A DNA stretch of 64,000 bases from contig NC_057719.1 in the NCBI RefSeq assembly GCF_004010195.1, forward strand, positions 94,198,659-94,262,658, written 5' to 3'. The notes beneath the pieces are model-generated. The model had not been told where the DNA came from. It saw only the letters and a list, made by a program, of their open reading frames with translations, and made no database searches. Below are positions 38,577-49,825 of the stretch, one piece after another (the stretch's first letter is position 1; each line of letters opens with the position of its first letter). The translations under genes were made by a program, and so were the position numbers. Origin of the DNA: Chiloscyllium plagiosum (taxonomy: Eukaryota).

Positions 38577-39144
38577 ATGTGTGCATTCACGCCTCAGACT
38601 CTAAATGTCAGAGAAAAAAGCAGAATGCTTTAATCTGTGGGAGCCTCAAACTGTGGCCTGTCCATCATGGTCAGGCCCACCCTTCAAGAAAACATTCTGT
38701 AACTTCCCAAAGAGGGTGCCAGGCGCTAGAGAAATGCAGCAGGCTGACTTTGAACGGAGCAGCCAGCGTCGCACGCAGAGTGTCGAGAATCAGAGTATGT
38801 CAACGCTTGTTTTTCTCCAACATGTCCCATCATCTCTACTGTCCAACCCTGTGGATTCCCCTTATTCTAGGAAGACCAACAGGATCCGAAACTCAGTTAT
38901 CACTGAACCGGTGACTTCTGCAAAAAACAAACTCCAACACAGGATACAGCTCAGGAAGGAAGCTCAGCCCAAAGGCTCCAGGGGGACTCTCCAAATGATT
39001 TGAACATTAAGGAAACTCAGACACTGCGTGCTAGCATAAGGTCGATTCATGGCTCTCTCCCAGAACACTGTGACAAAGCAACGCGCCTCCAGTTCAGAAT
39101 CACCCTCCCCCTCTCCAAAAACCTCCACAATAAAAATATCCCAC

Positions 39145-39570
39145 GAGGGAGTGCGGCACTGTCAGAGGGTCAGTGCTGAGGGAGTGCCGCACTATCGGAG
39201 GGTCAGTGCTGAGGGAGTGCCGCACTGTCAGAGGGTCAGTGCTGAGGGAGTGCCGCACTATCAGATGGTCAGTGTTGAGGGAGTGCCACACTGTCGGACG
39301 GTCAGTGCTGAGGGAGTGCTGCACTGTCGGAGGGTCAGTGCTGAGGGAGCGCCGCACTGTCGGAGGGTCAGTGCTGAGGGAGTGCCTCACTGTCGGAGGG
39401 TCAGTGCTGACGGAGTGACGCACTGTCGGAGGGTCAGTGCTGACGGAGTGGACACTGTCGGAGGGTCGTTGCTGAGGGAGTGCCGCACTGTCGGAGGGTC
39501 AGTGCTGAGGGAGCGCCGCACTGTCAGAGGGTCAATGCTGAGGGAGTCCCACACTGTCGGAGGGTCAGTA
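39145..39570 (+). repeat. 33-bp minisatellite followed by Deu-SINE-like 3' part (39660-39790)
   Basis: ~13 units; TTTGTGGGATCTTGCTGTGCA..AAAGGTGCTACAGAAATGCA downstream. Confidence 0.9.
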
Positions 39571-40169
39571 CAAGAGGGTGTCACATTGAGAGAGGGTTAG
39601 ACAACTTCCCCGTCATTCCTCTTTTGGCAACACTCAACATCTGTGGGTCAGTGTCACACAGCCATTTGTGGGATCTTGCTGTGCACCACTTGCCTACTCC
39701 ATTTCTTACATTATGACAGCAAGATCCCAAAGTGCCCCTGAGGCCTTGGGGCACCCTGAAGAAAGCGAAAGGTGCTACAGAAATGCACAGTCATCTTCTT
39801 CCGTGATAGCCCTCAATGAGTCTTCATCTTCTGTTAATCTTCAACAGGTCAACCTTAACCCATCTCCCCACACTCCCTCCCTCAGGACCCCACACACCCT
39901 CCCTCAGGACCCCACACACCCTCCCTCAGGACCCCACAAATCCCTGAGGGACTAGTTGGGATGGGGGAGGTTGTCTTTCTCTCAACCCCACCGCTGTAAT
40001 GTCATGCTTGTCCAAATTTCCCCCTGGCCAGCCCCTGATCACCTCCCCCTTCCAATTTCACCCCTGCCCCTCTCCCCGCACCCTTTCTCAGCTTTGTCCT
40101 GCAGGGGGCACTACCCGTGGTAGTCAACTCGGGTCAGTGTCGAGCTGAGAAGGGGGTGGGAGGTGTGCT

Positions 40170-40660
40170 GCGAACAGGAGGAGGCCATTCGGCTCATCGA
40201 GCTATTCTACAGGACTGCGGTCGATCTGACGTTCCTCACCTCCCCTTTCCCCCGTTTCCCCGACTGCTCGGGAATCTCTCTCGGCCTTCAATATATACAC
40301 AAGGACCCTGCCCCCACACCCCCACAGCTCTCTGTGGTAAAGGTGTTCCAAAGACCCGCTACCCTCAGAGAGAGGGGATTCCTCCCCATCTCCGACTGAA
40401 ATTGGTGCCCCTTTATTCAGAGACGGTGCCCCCCTGGGTCCTAGCCTCTCCCATGGGGAGGGGGGGTAACACCCTCCCAGCATTGACCCTGTCCAGCCCC
40501 CTGTTTGTTCCAGTCAGATCCCCTCTCATTCTCTCTAAACCCCCAGGGAGTAGAGTCCCAACTGGGCAGCCTTTGCTCATGAGACTATCCCTCCCTCCTA
40601 GGGACCCCCCTCTCTGAGCTGCCTCCAATGAAATAATATCATTCCTTAAATAACGGGAAC
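40170..40660 (-). mobile_element. Old GC-rich CR1 3' fragment
   Basis: LERMRGDLTG..RGLDRVNAGRVLP..GEARTQG. Confidence 0.7.
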
Positions 40661-40777
40661 AGGAAGTGCAAATATTAAAATAAAACATTTCACAGATAAA
40701 CATTCGTGTAGGATTTAACCATGAAAATCTCTATCGCAGCGAGTTGGAAAGGGATTTGTTTTAATTACGCATTTATG

Positions 40778-41198
40778 TCGAATACTGTATGCAATTCTGA
40801 TCTCTCTCCTATTGGAAGGATGTTGTGAAACCTGAAAGGGTTCAGAAACGATTTACAAGGATATTGCTAGTGTTGGAGGGTTTGAGCTACAGGGAGAGGC
40901 TGAATTGGCTGGGGCTATTTTCCCTGGAGCGTCGGAGGCTGAGGGGTGACCTTATAGAGGTTTATAAAATTATGAGGGACATGGATAGGATAAATAGACA
41001 AGGTCTTTTCCCTGGGGTGGGAGAGTCCAGAACTAGAGGGCATAGATTTAGGGTGAGAGGGGAAAGATATAAAATGGATCTGGAGGGATATGGGCCGGGT
41101 GCTGGCAGGTGGGACTGGGTTGGGTTGGGATATCTGGGTCAGCATGGACGGGTTGGGCCGAAGGGTCTGTTCCCGTGCTGTACATCTCTATGACTCTA
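40778..41198 (+). mobile_element. CR1 3' fragment with internal deletion
   Basis: [32 protein letters not shown] tail. Confidence 0.88.
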
Positions 41199-41309
41199 CT
41201 CCGGATGTGATCTCCCGAGCAATGTGTACAGTTACAGTAAGACTTCCCAACCCTTAACCTCCAACCCCCTTGAAATGAGGCCCAATACTCCATGACTCTT
41301 CCCGATTCC

Positions 41310-41720
41310 CTGCTGTGGGAAGTAGCACCAGGATTTGTCTATTCGGCCCATCGGGCCTGTTCCGCCACTGAATACGACCAGGTCCGGCCTTGGGTTTTAC
41401 CTCCCCCCACTTTCTCTCCTTCAATCTCCAAGACACCGACAACCTGCCCATCCCAGTCTGAAATGTGCTCCGGAACGGGAGGGTGGGAGAGAATTCCGAA
41501 CATTCCCAAACCTCCGAAGGATGGAGCTGCTCATCGTCTAGGTCCCACGTGACCGGCCCACTCATCCTGAGACTGACCTCCCCCCACTCCCCGGTCAGTG
41601 TGGGAGGTTCATAGGGAGCCGGTTTCTCAGCATCCATCACCATTGTGAACCTCTCTGTCTCAGTCAGATCACATCTCCCTCTGTAGACCTTCAGAGAGAA
41701 TCGACCCAATCTCCCCTCAG
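41310..41720 (-). mobile_element. Old GC-rich CR1 3' fragment
   Basis: RFSLKVYRGRCDLTET; CATTCGGCCCATCG-like reverse tail. Confidence 0.55.
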
Positions 41721-41789
41721 GATGACCGTCTCCTCCTGAACGAGAGACCTTTCACCCGTCCCAACCGACAATCTGTCCTCGACGTCCCA

Positions 41790-42757
41790 CGGGGCTGTGA
41801 CAACACCTCTTCTTCCTCAGGAGACTCAGGCCTGCCCACAAGGACCCTCACCGACTGCGACAGATGCCCCGCTGAGAGGGTACTGTCCAGGGGGAGGGGG
41901 TGTCATTACGGCCTGGTGTGGAAACTGCTCTGCCCAGGGACTGTGAGACACGACAGGAGGTGGTGCGCACAGCCCAGACCATCACGGAAACCAGCCTCCC
42001 ATCCTTGGACTCTGTTTACACGGCTCACTGCCGCGGGAAGCCTGCCAACATCATCAGAGACCCCTCCCACCGCGGTAATCTCTCCCGTCAGGCAGAAGGT
42101 ACAGAAACCTGAACACACGCACCACTGGGCTCAGGGACAGCAACTTCCTGGCTGTTATTAGACTGGTCCATGGAGCTCTCTAACTTCAAATCATGCTGAT
42201 AATGCAAACAGAATCCCAACAGTGTGGAAACAAGGCCCTTCGGCCCAACAAGTCCACATCAACCCTCTTTAAGAGTAACCCGCCCAGACCCATTCCCCTA
42301 CCCTATTATCCTATATTTACCCCTGACTAATGCACCTAACCTGCACATCCCTGGGCACTATGGGACAATTTCCCAGGGCCAATCCACCCTAACCTGCACA
42401 TCCCTGGGCATTATGGGACAATTTCCCATGGCCAATCCACCCAAACCTGCACATCTTTGGACTGTGGGAGGAAACCGGAGCACCCGGAGGAAACCCACGC
42501 AGACACGGGGAGAATGTGCAAACTCCACACAGTCAGTCGCCCCGAGGCTGGAATCGAACCCGGGTCCCTGGCGCTGGGAGGCAGCAGTGCCAACCACTGA
42601 GACACCGTGCCAACCCTTACCTAGCGCACTCCCTGTGCAATGTTACCTGTGTGGCCTCTATCTAAGTCTGTCTGATCTGTCCATCCCTGCTGGCTATGAT
42701 CCAACAAACAAAGCTTTTCATTGTACTCTGGTACACCCAACAATAAATCAAATCAAA
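41790..42757 (+). mobile_element. Rex1/Babar-like 3' fragment interrupted by an antisense HE1 SINE (42208-42612)
   Basis: QEVVRTAQTIT..LPSLDSVY..CRGKPANIIRDPSH; tail AAAGCTTTTCATTGTAC..AATAAATCAAATCAAA. Confidence 0.7.
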
Positions 42758-43337
42758 CCATCGTCTCCATTACAAGCGCAGTCTGCCTTAAACACAGGAC
42801 AAAACCTGTGTGCAGTATGCCCAATGCAGTATCCAGACATAGCCATGCATTACTCTGAATTGCAATCTCTATTCGACTAAGGAAGGCAGCCTGCAATGGA
42901 AGGGGTGCTCGGCAGGGAGGGGATGCAGAGTTCTCCATGCTCTGAGAGAGGTGTGAGGCTTTGAATGTGACTCCCTCCCCTAATGCAGTCACTCCCCACA
43001 TCACCTCTCCGTTCCCCTCTGCTCCCCCCACTGCCCCACAGCCAGCAGCAGCACACGGGGCACTGCGGTAAGCGGGCCAGGAAACCAATCACACAGGCCA
43101 CTGAGCAAAGCATGTGCCAGGCCTCAGGGATTAGCGCCCAGGAAAGGCTTCCTGATGGGTGACAGCTCCCGGTTCCAACAGCACTCCACAACTACACCAG
43201 TAAGGCTCTGGGAGGGGGAGAAGGGAGAGGGGAGAGGGAGAGGGGAGAGGGAGAGGCAGAGGAGAGAGTGAGTGAGAGTTTTAGTGTGAGTATGAGAGAG
43301 AGAGAGAGAGAGTGAGTGTGTGTGCGCTTTTCTCTAT

Positions 43338-44113
43338 ATCTAACCCCGTGCTGTCCCTGCCCTGGGAGTGTTTGATGGGGACAGTGTAGAGGGAGCTTTA
43401 CTCTGTATCTAACCCCATGCTGTAGAGAGAGAGAGTGAGAGTGTGTGTGTGTGTGCGCTTTTCTCTATATCTAACCCCATGCTGTCCCTGTCCTGGGAGT
43501 GTTTGATGAGGGACAGTGTAGAGAGAGCTTTACTCTGTATCTAACCCCGTGCTGTCCCTGTCCTAGGAGTGTTTGATGGGGGGACAGTGTAGAGAGAGCT
43601 TTACTCTGTATCTAACCCCGTGCTGTCCCTGTCCTAGGAGTGTTTGATGGGGGGACAGTGTAGAGAGAGCTTTACTCTGTATCTAACCCCGTGCTGTCCC
43701 TGTCCTAGGAGTGTTTGATGGGGGGACAGTGTAGAGAGAGCTTTACTCTGTATCTAACCCCGTGCTGTCCCTGTCCTAGGAGTGTTTGATGGGGGGACAG
43801 TGTAGAGAGAGCTTTACTCTGTATCTAACCCCGTGCTGTCCCTGTCCTAGGAGTGTTTGATGGGGGGACAGTGTAGAGAGAGCTTTACTCTGTATCTAAC
43901 CCCGTGCTGTCCCTGTCCTAGGAGTGTTTGATGGGGGGACAGTGTAGAGAGAGCTTTACTCTGTATCTAACCCCGTGCTGTCCCTGTCCTAGGAGTGTTT
44001 GATGGGGGGACAGTGTAGAGAGAGCTTTACTCTGTATCTAACCCCGTGCTGTCCCTGTCCTAGGAGTGTTTGATGGGGGGACAGTGTAGAGAGAGCTTTA
44101 CTCTGTATCTAAC
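43338..44113 (+). repeat. 71-bp tandem repeat (TCTAACCCCGTGCTGTCCCTGTCCTAGGAGTGTTTGATGGGGGGACAGTGTAGAGAGAGCTTTACTCTGTA)
   Basis: About 8 identical units from 43540, running into a gap. Confidence 0.95.
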
Positions 44114-45309
44114 NNNNNNNNNNNNNNNNNNNNNNNNNNNNNNNNNNNNNNNNNNNNNNNNNNNNNNNNNNNNNNNNNNNNNNNNNNNNNNNNNNNNNNN
44201 NNNNNNNNNNNNNNNNNTTCTCTTTACCCACATCCACCCCATTGCTTCTCTCTCTCTCTGGTGCTATCAATCCCTGGCATAATCCCAGACCCCAATCAAA
44301 CTGTCCCTTCCATCCCTCCTCCTCCCACTACAACCACCTCCGAGCACTGTCTGCATCCCTCCCTCACCTACCTCCTTTGTTTCTCATCTTCCTTTTTCCC
44401 TCTGATCTATCAAAAGGCACTTTAACCCATTCGCTGCCAATCTCCCTTTGTCTTTTTATCTCCCCATTCTGACCGCTCTACGCCACCCTTACACACCCCA
44501 CCACCCCACCACCTCTCCTATATTTTCCACCTCCATCTGTACGACCCCTTCCTGCTCCATACTGCTGATGTTCTGACTCTCAGGATTGCAAACGCTTCGA
44601 CATCCGCCTTTTATCATCAAAGGGTGTGCTGGGAATACTCAACCACGGTCATTTGCAAAGTGCAGCTTGAGATAAATGCAACGATAAAGAAAAAGGCTTC
44701 CTGGAACACACGTACAGCACACACAATGTGTCTAAATCTGCAAAGACTTATTTCAAAACAGCAGAAACCAAAAACAAAAATCCCCTGGAAAACGTCCAAG
44801 ATCTCCAATGGGGGGAGAACTCCCATTTATAAAATCAACATCCGAAACACACACATCCCCCATTAACAAATCTACTTTCATTTCGATTAGCCTGTAGCAG
44901 CAAACTCCTGTGAGTCAAACTTCTGTATTATTTTCATTTAAATTGCAACACATTAAGTCAACATTGACACACAATTAGAGTCATTCTGCAGAAAGCGAGT
45001 TCAGAACAGAGCAGAAATAAGTCCATACAAAAATGCTTATTCTTTTATATATATATCTACTCACACACACACACACACAAAAGTGGCCGTTTGTTCCAAT
45101 AAAATAAAGATCTTTTCTATATTGTGCGTGCAATGCCGCCAGCTCCCCCCACACCCCGTGTATCTATCTATACTCCCTGTATTGTTAGATTTCAATGAAA
45201 ATCTGGCAGATGCTGTCATGTCAGAGATTGTCAAGTCCTTTATTCAAAAGCTCCATGCATTTTCTCTCTCTCACACACACAGACACACACACACTGCTGC
45301 TTTCCTTAC

Positions 45310-45379
45310 CTTGCCGGGTAAGAGCTAAGATCATCACTCCGAAAGCCAGCAGACTTGTCCGAGTCCTACACCCCGCCAT
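45310..45379 (-). CDS. First coding exon of an unidentified secreted or membrane protein (signal peptide MAGCRTRTSLLAFGVMILALTRQ-)
   Basis: Kozak ACCATGG; basic n-region and hydrophobic h-region; 70 nt, phase 1; strong donor AAG|GTAAGG; promoter motifs upstream. Confidence 0.65.
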
Positions 45380-45401
45380 GGTCCGTGTCCCTCTCCTCTC
45401 T

Positions 45402-45690
45402 GGGTGCTGAGACACCCTGTGTCCGTCTGTACACACGATGGGTGCTGAGGCACTCTGGTTCTGCCTGTCCCCTATGGGTGCTGAGACACCCTGTTTCTGC
45501 TTGTCTCCTGTGGGTGCTGAGACACCCTGTTTCTGCTTGTCTCCTGTGGGTGCTGAGACACCCTGTTTCTGCCTGTCCCCTATGGGTGCTGAGACACCCT
45601 GTTTCTGCCTGTCTCCTGTGGGTGCTGAGACACCCTGTTTCTGCCTGTCCCCTATGGGTGCTGAGACACCCTGTTTCTGCCTGTCCTCTG
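45402..45690. repeat. 36-bp tandem repeat (GGGTGCTGAGACACCCTGTTTCTGCCTGTCYCCTRT), ~8 units
   Basis: Units at 45440, 45476, 45512 and onward; each has a GGGTG-CTGAGA-CACCC hairpin. Confidence 0.92.
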
Positions 45691-45734
45691 TGGGGTGCTG
45701 CTGCAGCACCTTCACTCAGGCCAGCACCTTAACG

Positions 45735-45860
45735 AGATGCTAATATATGCAGCACCGGGGAGGTGGGGCATATTCCTATCCCAGTCAATGGCAAAGCAGA
45801 GGCGGGGTTATTGAACTCAGCAATTTGATGTATGGACATCCCCCTGGTCAGGATTGGTCA
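45735..45860 (-). promoter_or_regulatory. Candidate Pol II promoter
   Basis: Minus-strand ATATATTA (45741-45748), GC box GAGGCGGGG (~45799-45807), CCAATC (45852-45857), in canonical order upstream of the signal exon. Confidence 0.45.
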
Positions 45861-45949
45861 CAAGGAGACTTTCAGAAACAAGTTCCTCTTTGTGTCAATG
45901 CACTGTATAATTTAAAGCCCAGAGTTGAAAGGGGGGGGGGGGGGGGATA

Positions 45950-47010
45950 TCCATGTGTGTGTATATTTGTCTGTGATTATCTATGTCTGTGTGTGTATCT
46001 ATCTGTGTGTGTGTGTACCCATGTGAGTGTGTGTCTGTTTCTGTGTGTACGTGTGACAGTGTTTGTGATGGTATGTGTCTGTGTGAGTCTCTGTGATGGT
46101 GTGTGTGTGACTTTGTGCATGTGTATGTCTCCATCACTGTGTGCATGTGTGACCGTGTGTGTCTGTGATTGTCTCTGCATGTATATGTGACTTAATGTGT
46201 TTGTGTATGTATGTGTCTGTGAGCGATTATTTATGTTTGTCTGTGTTTGTATCTGTATGTGTGTCTCTGAATATGTATCTGTGTGTGTATCTGTACGTGT
46301 GTGTATATGTGTCTGTGTGTATCTGTGTGTGTNNNNNNNNNNNNNNNNNNNNNNNNNNNNNNNNNNNNTGTATTTGCCTGTGTATCTGTATGTGTGTCTA
46401 TGTATCTCTGTGTGTATCTGTATGTGTGAGTGTACATCTGTTAATGTATGTGTGTATCTGTATGTGTGTGTATCTGTATGTGTATCTGTACGTGTGTGTG
46501 TATCTGTCTGTATCTGTACCTGTGTGTATGTATCTGTATGTGTGTGCATGTACCTGTTAGTGTGTATCTATAGCTGAAAATGTGTTGCTGGAAAAGCGCA
46601 GTAGATCAGGCAGCATCCAAGGTGCAGGAGAATCGACGTTTCGGGCATGAGCCCTTCTTCAGGATTCTCCTGATTCTCCTGCTCCTTGGATGCTGCCTGA
46701 CCTGCTGCGCTTTTCCAGCAACACTTTTTCAGCTCTGATCTCCAGCATCTGCAGTCCTCACTTTCTCCTAGTGTGTATCTGTACCTGTGTGTATGTATTT
46801 GTGTGTGTGCATTTGTGTGTGTATATCTATATGTGTGTCTATGTATCTCTGTGTGTATCTGTACATGTGTGTATATCTGTACATGTGTGTATGTATCTGT
46901 GTGTGTATCTGTATGTGTGTGTTTCTTTAAGTGTGTGTGTATATGTATATGTGTGTGTATCTGTATGTGTGTATATGTATCTGTGTGTGTCTGTGTGTGT
47001 GCATATATCT
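45950..47010. repeat. (TG)/(TGTATC)-rich low-complexity tract
   Basis: Direct observation. Confidence 0.9.
46572..46768. mobile_element. Miniature fold-back PLE (family A); minus-strand hammerhead core 46635-46662
   Basis: Inverted arms; minus CTGAAGAAGGGCTCATGCCCGAAACGTC; TAGTGTGTATCT duplicated at flanks. Confidence 0.85.
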
Positions 47011-47039
47011 GTATATCCCCTCAGCGATTTCAGTGAAGG

Positions 47040-47720
47040 TTAAACTGTTGGTAAGTGGCAGACCTGAAGAATATATCCCAGTTCCATTCTCCAGGGTCTA
47101 ACTGAAATACCTGCTGATTTTGAATTAAGGGGCAGTCAGGATGGTTAGAAAATTACTTGAAGATGGAGTTGATTCACTTCTGGGAGATGATGTGACAGAA
47201 GTAAAAGTCACAGCCTCACCTCCAATCACAGAAAGTCCTGTTGAGGCTAAACAGACAGAACAGTGGCAGGAACAGGTTTTGGGTATTTTTCCATTTCATG
47301 CAATGGCCAGAACAATGGTTAAACAAAGTCCATCACTAGAGGTCACAGTAATACTGCAGGCAGGTGTTAGAGTATCTGAGACTCCGTTTAAGAGTAAGGT
47401 TAGCTCAAAGGAGATGTTTGGCATGCTTCGTTAAGTGAGTCTCAGGAAGCAGGGGGTGAAGTCAGGAAGGTACAGCCAATTCACGCTGAAGTGGAGGAGT
47501 TCTTGAGTGTTATAATAGAAAGAAAAGGAGTTCTGATTCAGCACAGGCATTCTCATAAACCTGAGGCAAGTTGGTTATCCTACAGCCCAGACAGTGGAAG
47601 GGGATAATTGCGATGAACAGATGGAATATCTGAGGTAGTGGATAGAGGGATATGAAAAATGCAGACATCAATAAACAGGTATTTAATATTGACTGGGACT
47701 TTGTAAAGATGCTGTGTCAA
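47040..47720 (+). mobile_element. Gypsy/Gmr1-like pol remnant (post-protease, pre-integrase); further integrase remnant at ~49830-50150
   Basis: DGVDSLLGDD..GIFPFHAMARTM; ELVYDSEIRGLLKLIRE resembles ELVFGxEVRGPLKL. Confidence 0.55.
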
Positions 47721-47749
47721 GCTTTCCATACATTGTTTGTTTTAAATCA

Positions 47750-48040
47750 TGAGGTCATCGCTGGCTAGGCCAGAATTTATTGCCCATCCCTAATTGCCCT
47801 GAGGGCAGTTAAGAACCACACGCATTGCTGTGGGTGTGAAGTAGGCCAGACCAGGCAATTTTGTGAGCCAAATGAGGTAACCCCCAATGAATTCATGGTC
47901 ATCGTTAGACACTTAGTTCCAGATTTTTATTTTTAAATTTTGAAATCAAGTTCCAATATCTGCCATGGCAGGATTTGAACCCAGAGCGTTATTTGGGTTG
48001 TAGGATTAAGAGCCCAGTGATAACAGCAGTCAGTCATTGC
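47750..48040 (-). mobile_element. Old tRNA-derived SINE-like fragment
   Basis: Minus B box GGGTTCAAATCC; similar head on + at 63890-63980. Confidence 0.45.
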
Positions 48041-48399
48041 CTTCCCTCTGAGGAAGCCCTCAGTATGTAATCAGCCCAACACCTTTGATTCCTACAAGAG
48101 GACAGCAAACTGTGGATGCTTGGAGCTCTGCAACAAACACAGGAACGGGTGGAGAAACTGGGTAAGTGTGGCAGCGTCTGCAGAGAGAGAGAGAAAGAAA
48201 GCGCAGAGTTTATGTTTCAAACCCCTCCCCGACTGTTCGTCAGAGCCTTTGATAGTAGTTTCTGCAGAACCTGTTTGACTGTTAGTGGATTGCGTTAGAC
48301 CATCACAAAAACAACATTGGGAGCGTGGTTTCCCCTTTGACTGCTGATACGTCAGCCCAGTTCTGAAAGGCTATTCCTTTTAGAACTTTAGTCTGTGTA

Positions 48400-48672
48400 G
48401 TGAGAGGGGAAAGATATAAAAGAGACCTAAGGGGCAACCTTTTCACACAGAGGGTGGTACGTGTGTGGAATGAGCTGCCAGAGGATGTGGTGGAGGCTGG
48501 TACAATTACAACATTTAAGAGGCATTTGGATGGGTATATGAATAGGAAGGGTTTGGAGGGATATGGGCCGGGTGCTGGCAGGTGGGACTAGATTGGGTTG
48601 GGATACCTGGGTCGGCATGGACGGGTTGGACCGAAGGGTCTGTTTCCGTGCTGTACATCTCTCTGACTCTAT
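48400..48672 (+). mobile_element. CR1 3' end
   Basis: RGERYKRDLRGNLFTQRVVRVWNELP. Confidence 0.9.
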
Positions 48673-48782
48673 GGTGGTGGATACGGTTTCTCTTTGATAC
48701 TTTATGGATTGATACAGTCTGATCAGGATTCCACCTTTCTGTCGAAGGTCTTTCAGGAAGTCAGCAGTAGTTTGAATATCGA

Positions 48783-49825
48783 GTCTCACAGTATGGAAAC
48801 AGACCCTTCTGTCCAATGCTGACCTGATGTCCCAATCTGACACAGTCCCATTTGCCAGCACTTGGCCTATATCCCTCTAAGTCTAGATGAGAGTGGTGCT
48901 GGAAAAGCACAGCAGGTCAGGCAGCATCCAAAGAGCAGGAAAATCGACGTTTCGGGCAAAAATCCTTCATCAGGAAGGGTTTTTTCTTGATGAAGAGCTT
49001 ATGCCCAAAAAGTTGATTTTCCTGCTCCTCGGATGCTGCCTGACCTGCTGTGCTTTTCCAGCACCACTCTCATCTTGACTCTGATCTCCAGCATCTGTAG
49101 TCCTCACTTTTGCCATATCCTTCCAAATCCTTCCTATTCATATACCCATCCAGATTCCTTTTAAATGCTGTAATTGTACCAGCCTCCACCACTTCCTCTG
49201 GCAGCTCATTCCATACACATACCACCCTCTGTGTGAAAAAGTTGTCCCTTAGGTCCCTTTTATATCTTTCCCCTCTCACCCTAAACCTATGCCTCTCCAG
49301 TTCTGGACTCCCCTACCCCAGGGAAAAGACTTTGTCTATTTATCCTATCCATGCCCCTCAGGGTTTTATAAACCTCTATAACGTCAACCCTGAGCCTCTA
49401 ACTCTCTGGGGAAAACAGCCCCAGCCTATCCAGCCTCTCACTGTAGGTCAAACCCTCCAATCCTGGCAACATCCTTGTAAATCTTTTCTGAATCCTTTCA
49501 ATTTTTACAATATCCTTCTGACAGGGGGAAGACCAGAATTGCACACAATATTCCAAATGTCCTGTACAGCCGCAACATGACCTCCCAACTCCTGTACTCA
49601 ATACTCTGACCAATAAAGGAAAGCATACCAAAAGCCTTCTTCATTACCTTGTCTACCTGCAACTCCATCTTGTCTATTTACCCTATCCTTGCCCCACATA
49701 ATTTTATAAACCTCTATAAGGTCACCCCTCTGCCTCCGACACTCCAGGGAAAACAGCCCCAGCCTGTTCAACGTCTCCAACTCTGGCAACATTCTTGTAA
49801 GTCTTTTCTGAACCCTCTCAAGTTT
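48783..49825 (-). mobile_element. CR1 fragments with a fold-back PLE at 48882-49112
   Basis: Minus-strand CR1 motifs; inverted arms AGATGAGAGTGGTGCTGG..CCAGCACCACTCTCATCT. Confidence 0.85.

Noticed and set aside
38620..38917. Minus-strand terminal exon (EVTGSVITEFRILLVFLE*) with ATTAAA
   Set aside because: Acceptor and phase fit the signal exon, but the product is trivially short and otherwise unsupported
38605..45110. Plus-strand gene chained from ~38713-38910, ~40105-40132, ~43042-43199 and ~44584-44670, with AATAAA at ~45098
   Set aside because: Phases are only partly compatible, splice sites are weak and there is no recognisable protein; the linking 39064-39145 segment looks like a decayed SINE head
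45310..45379. Growth hormone (RTSLLAFG resembles mammalian GH signal peptide)
   Set aside because: Exon structure differs and no GH mature-peptide exons were seen
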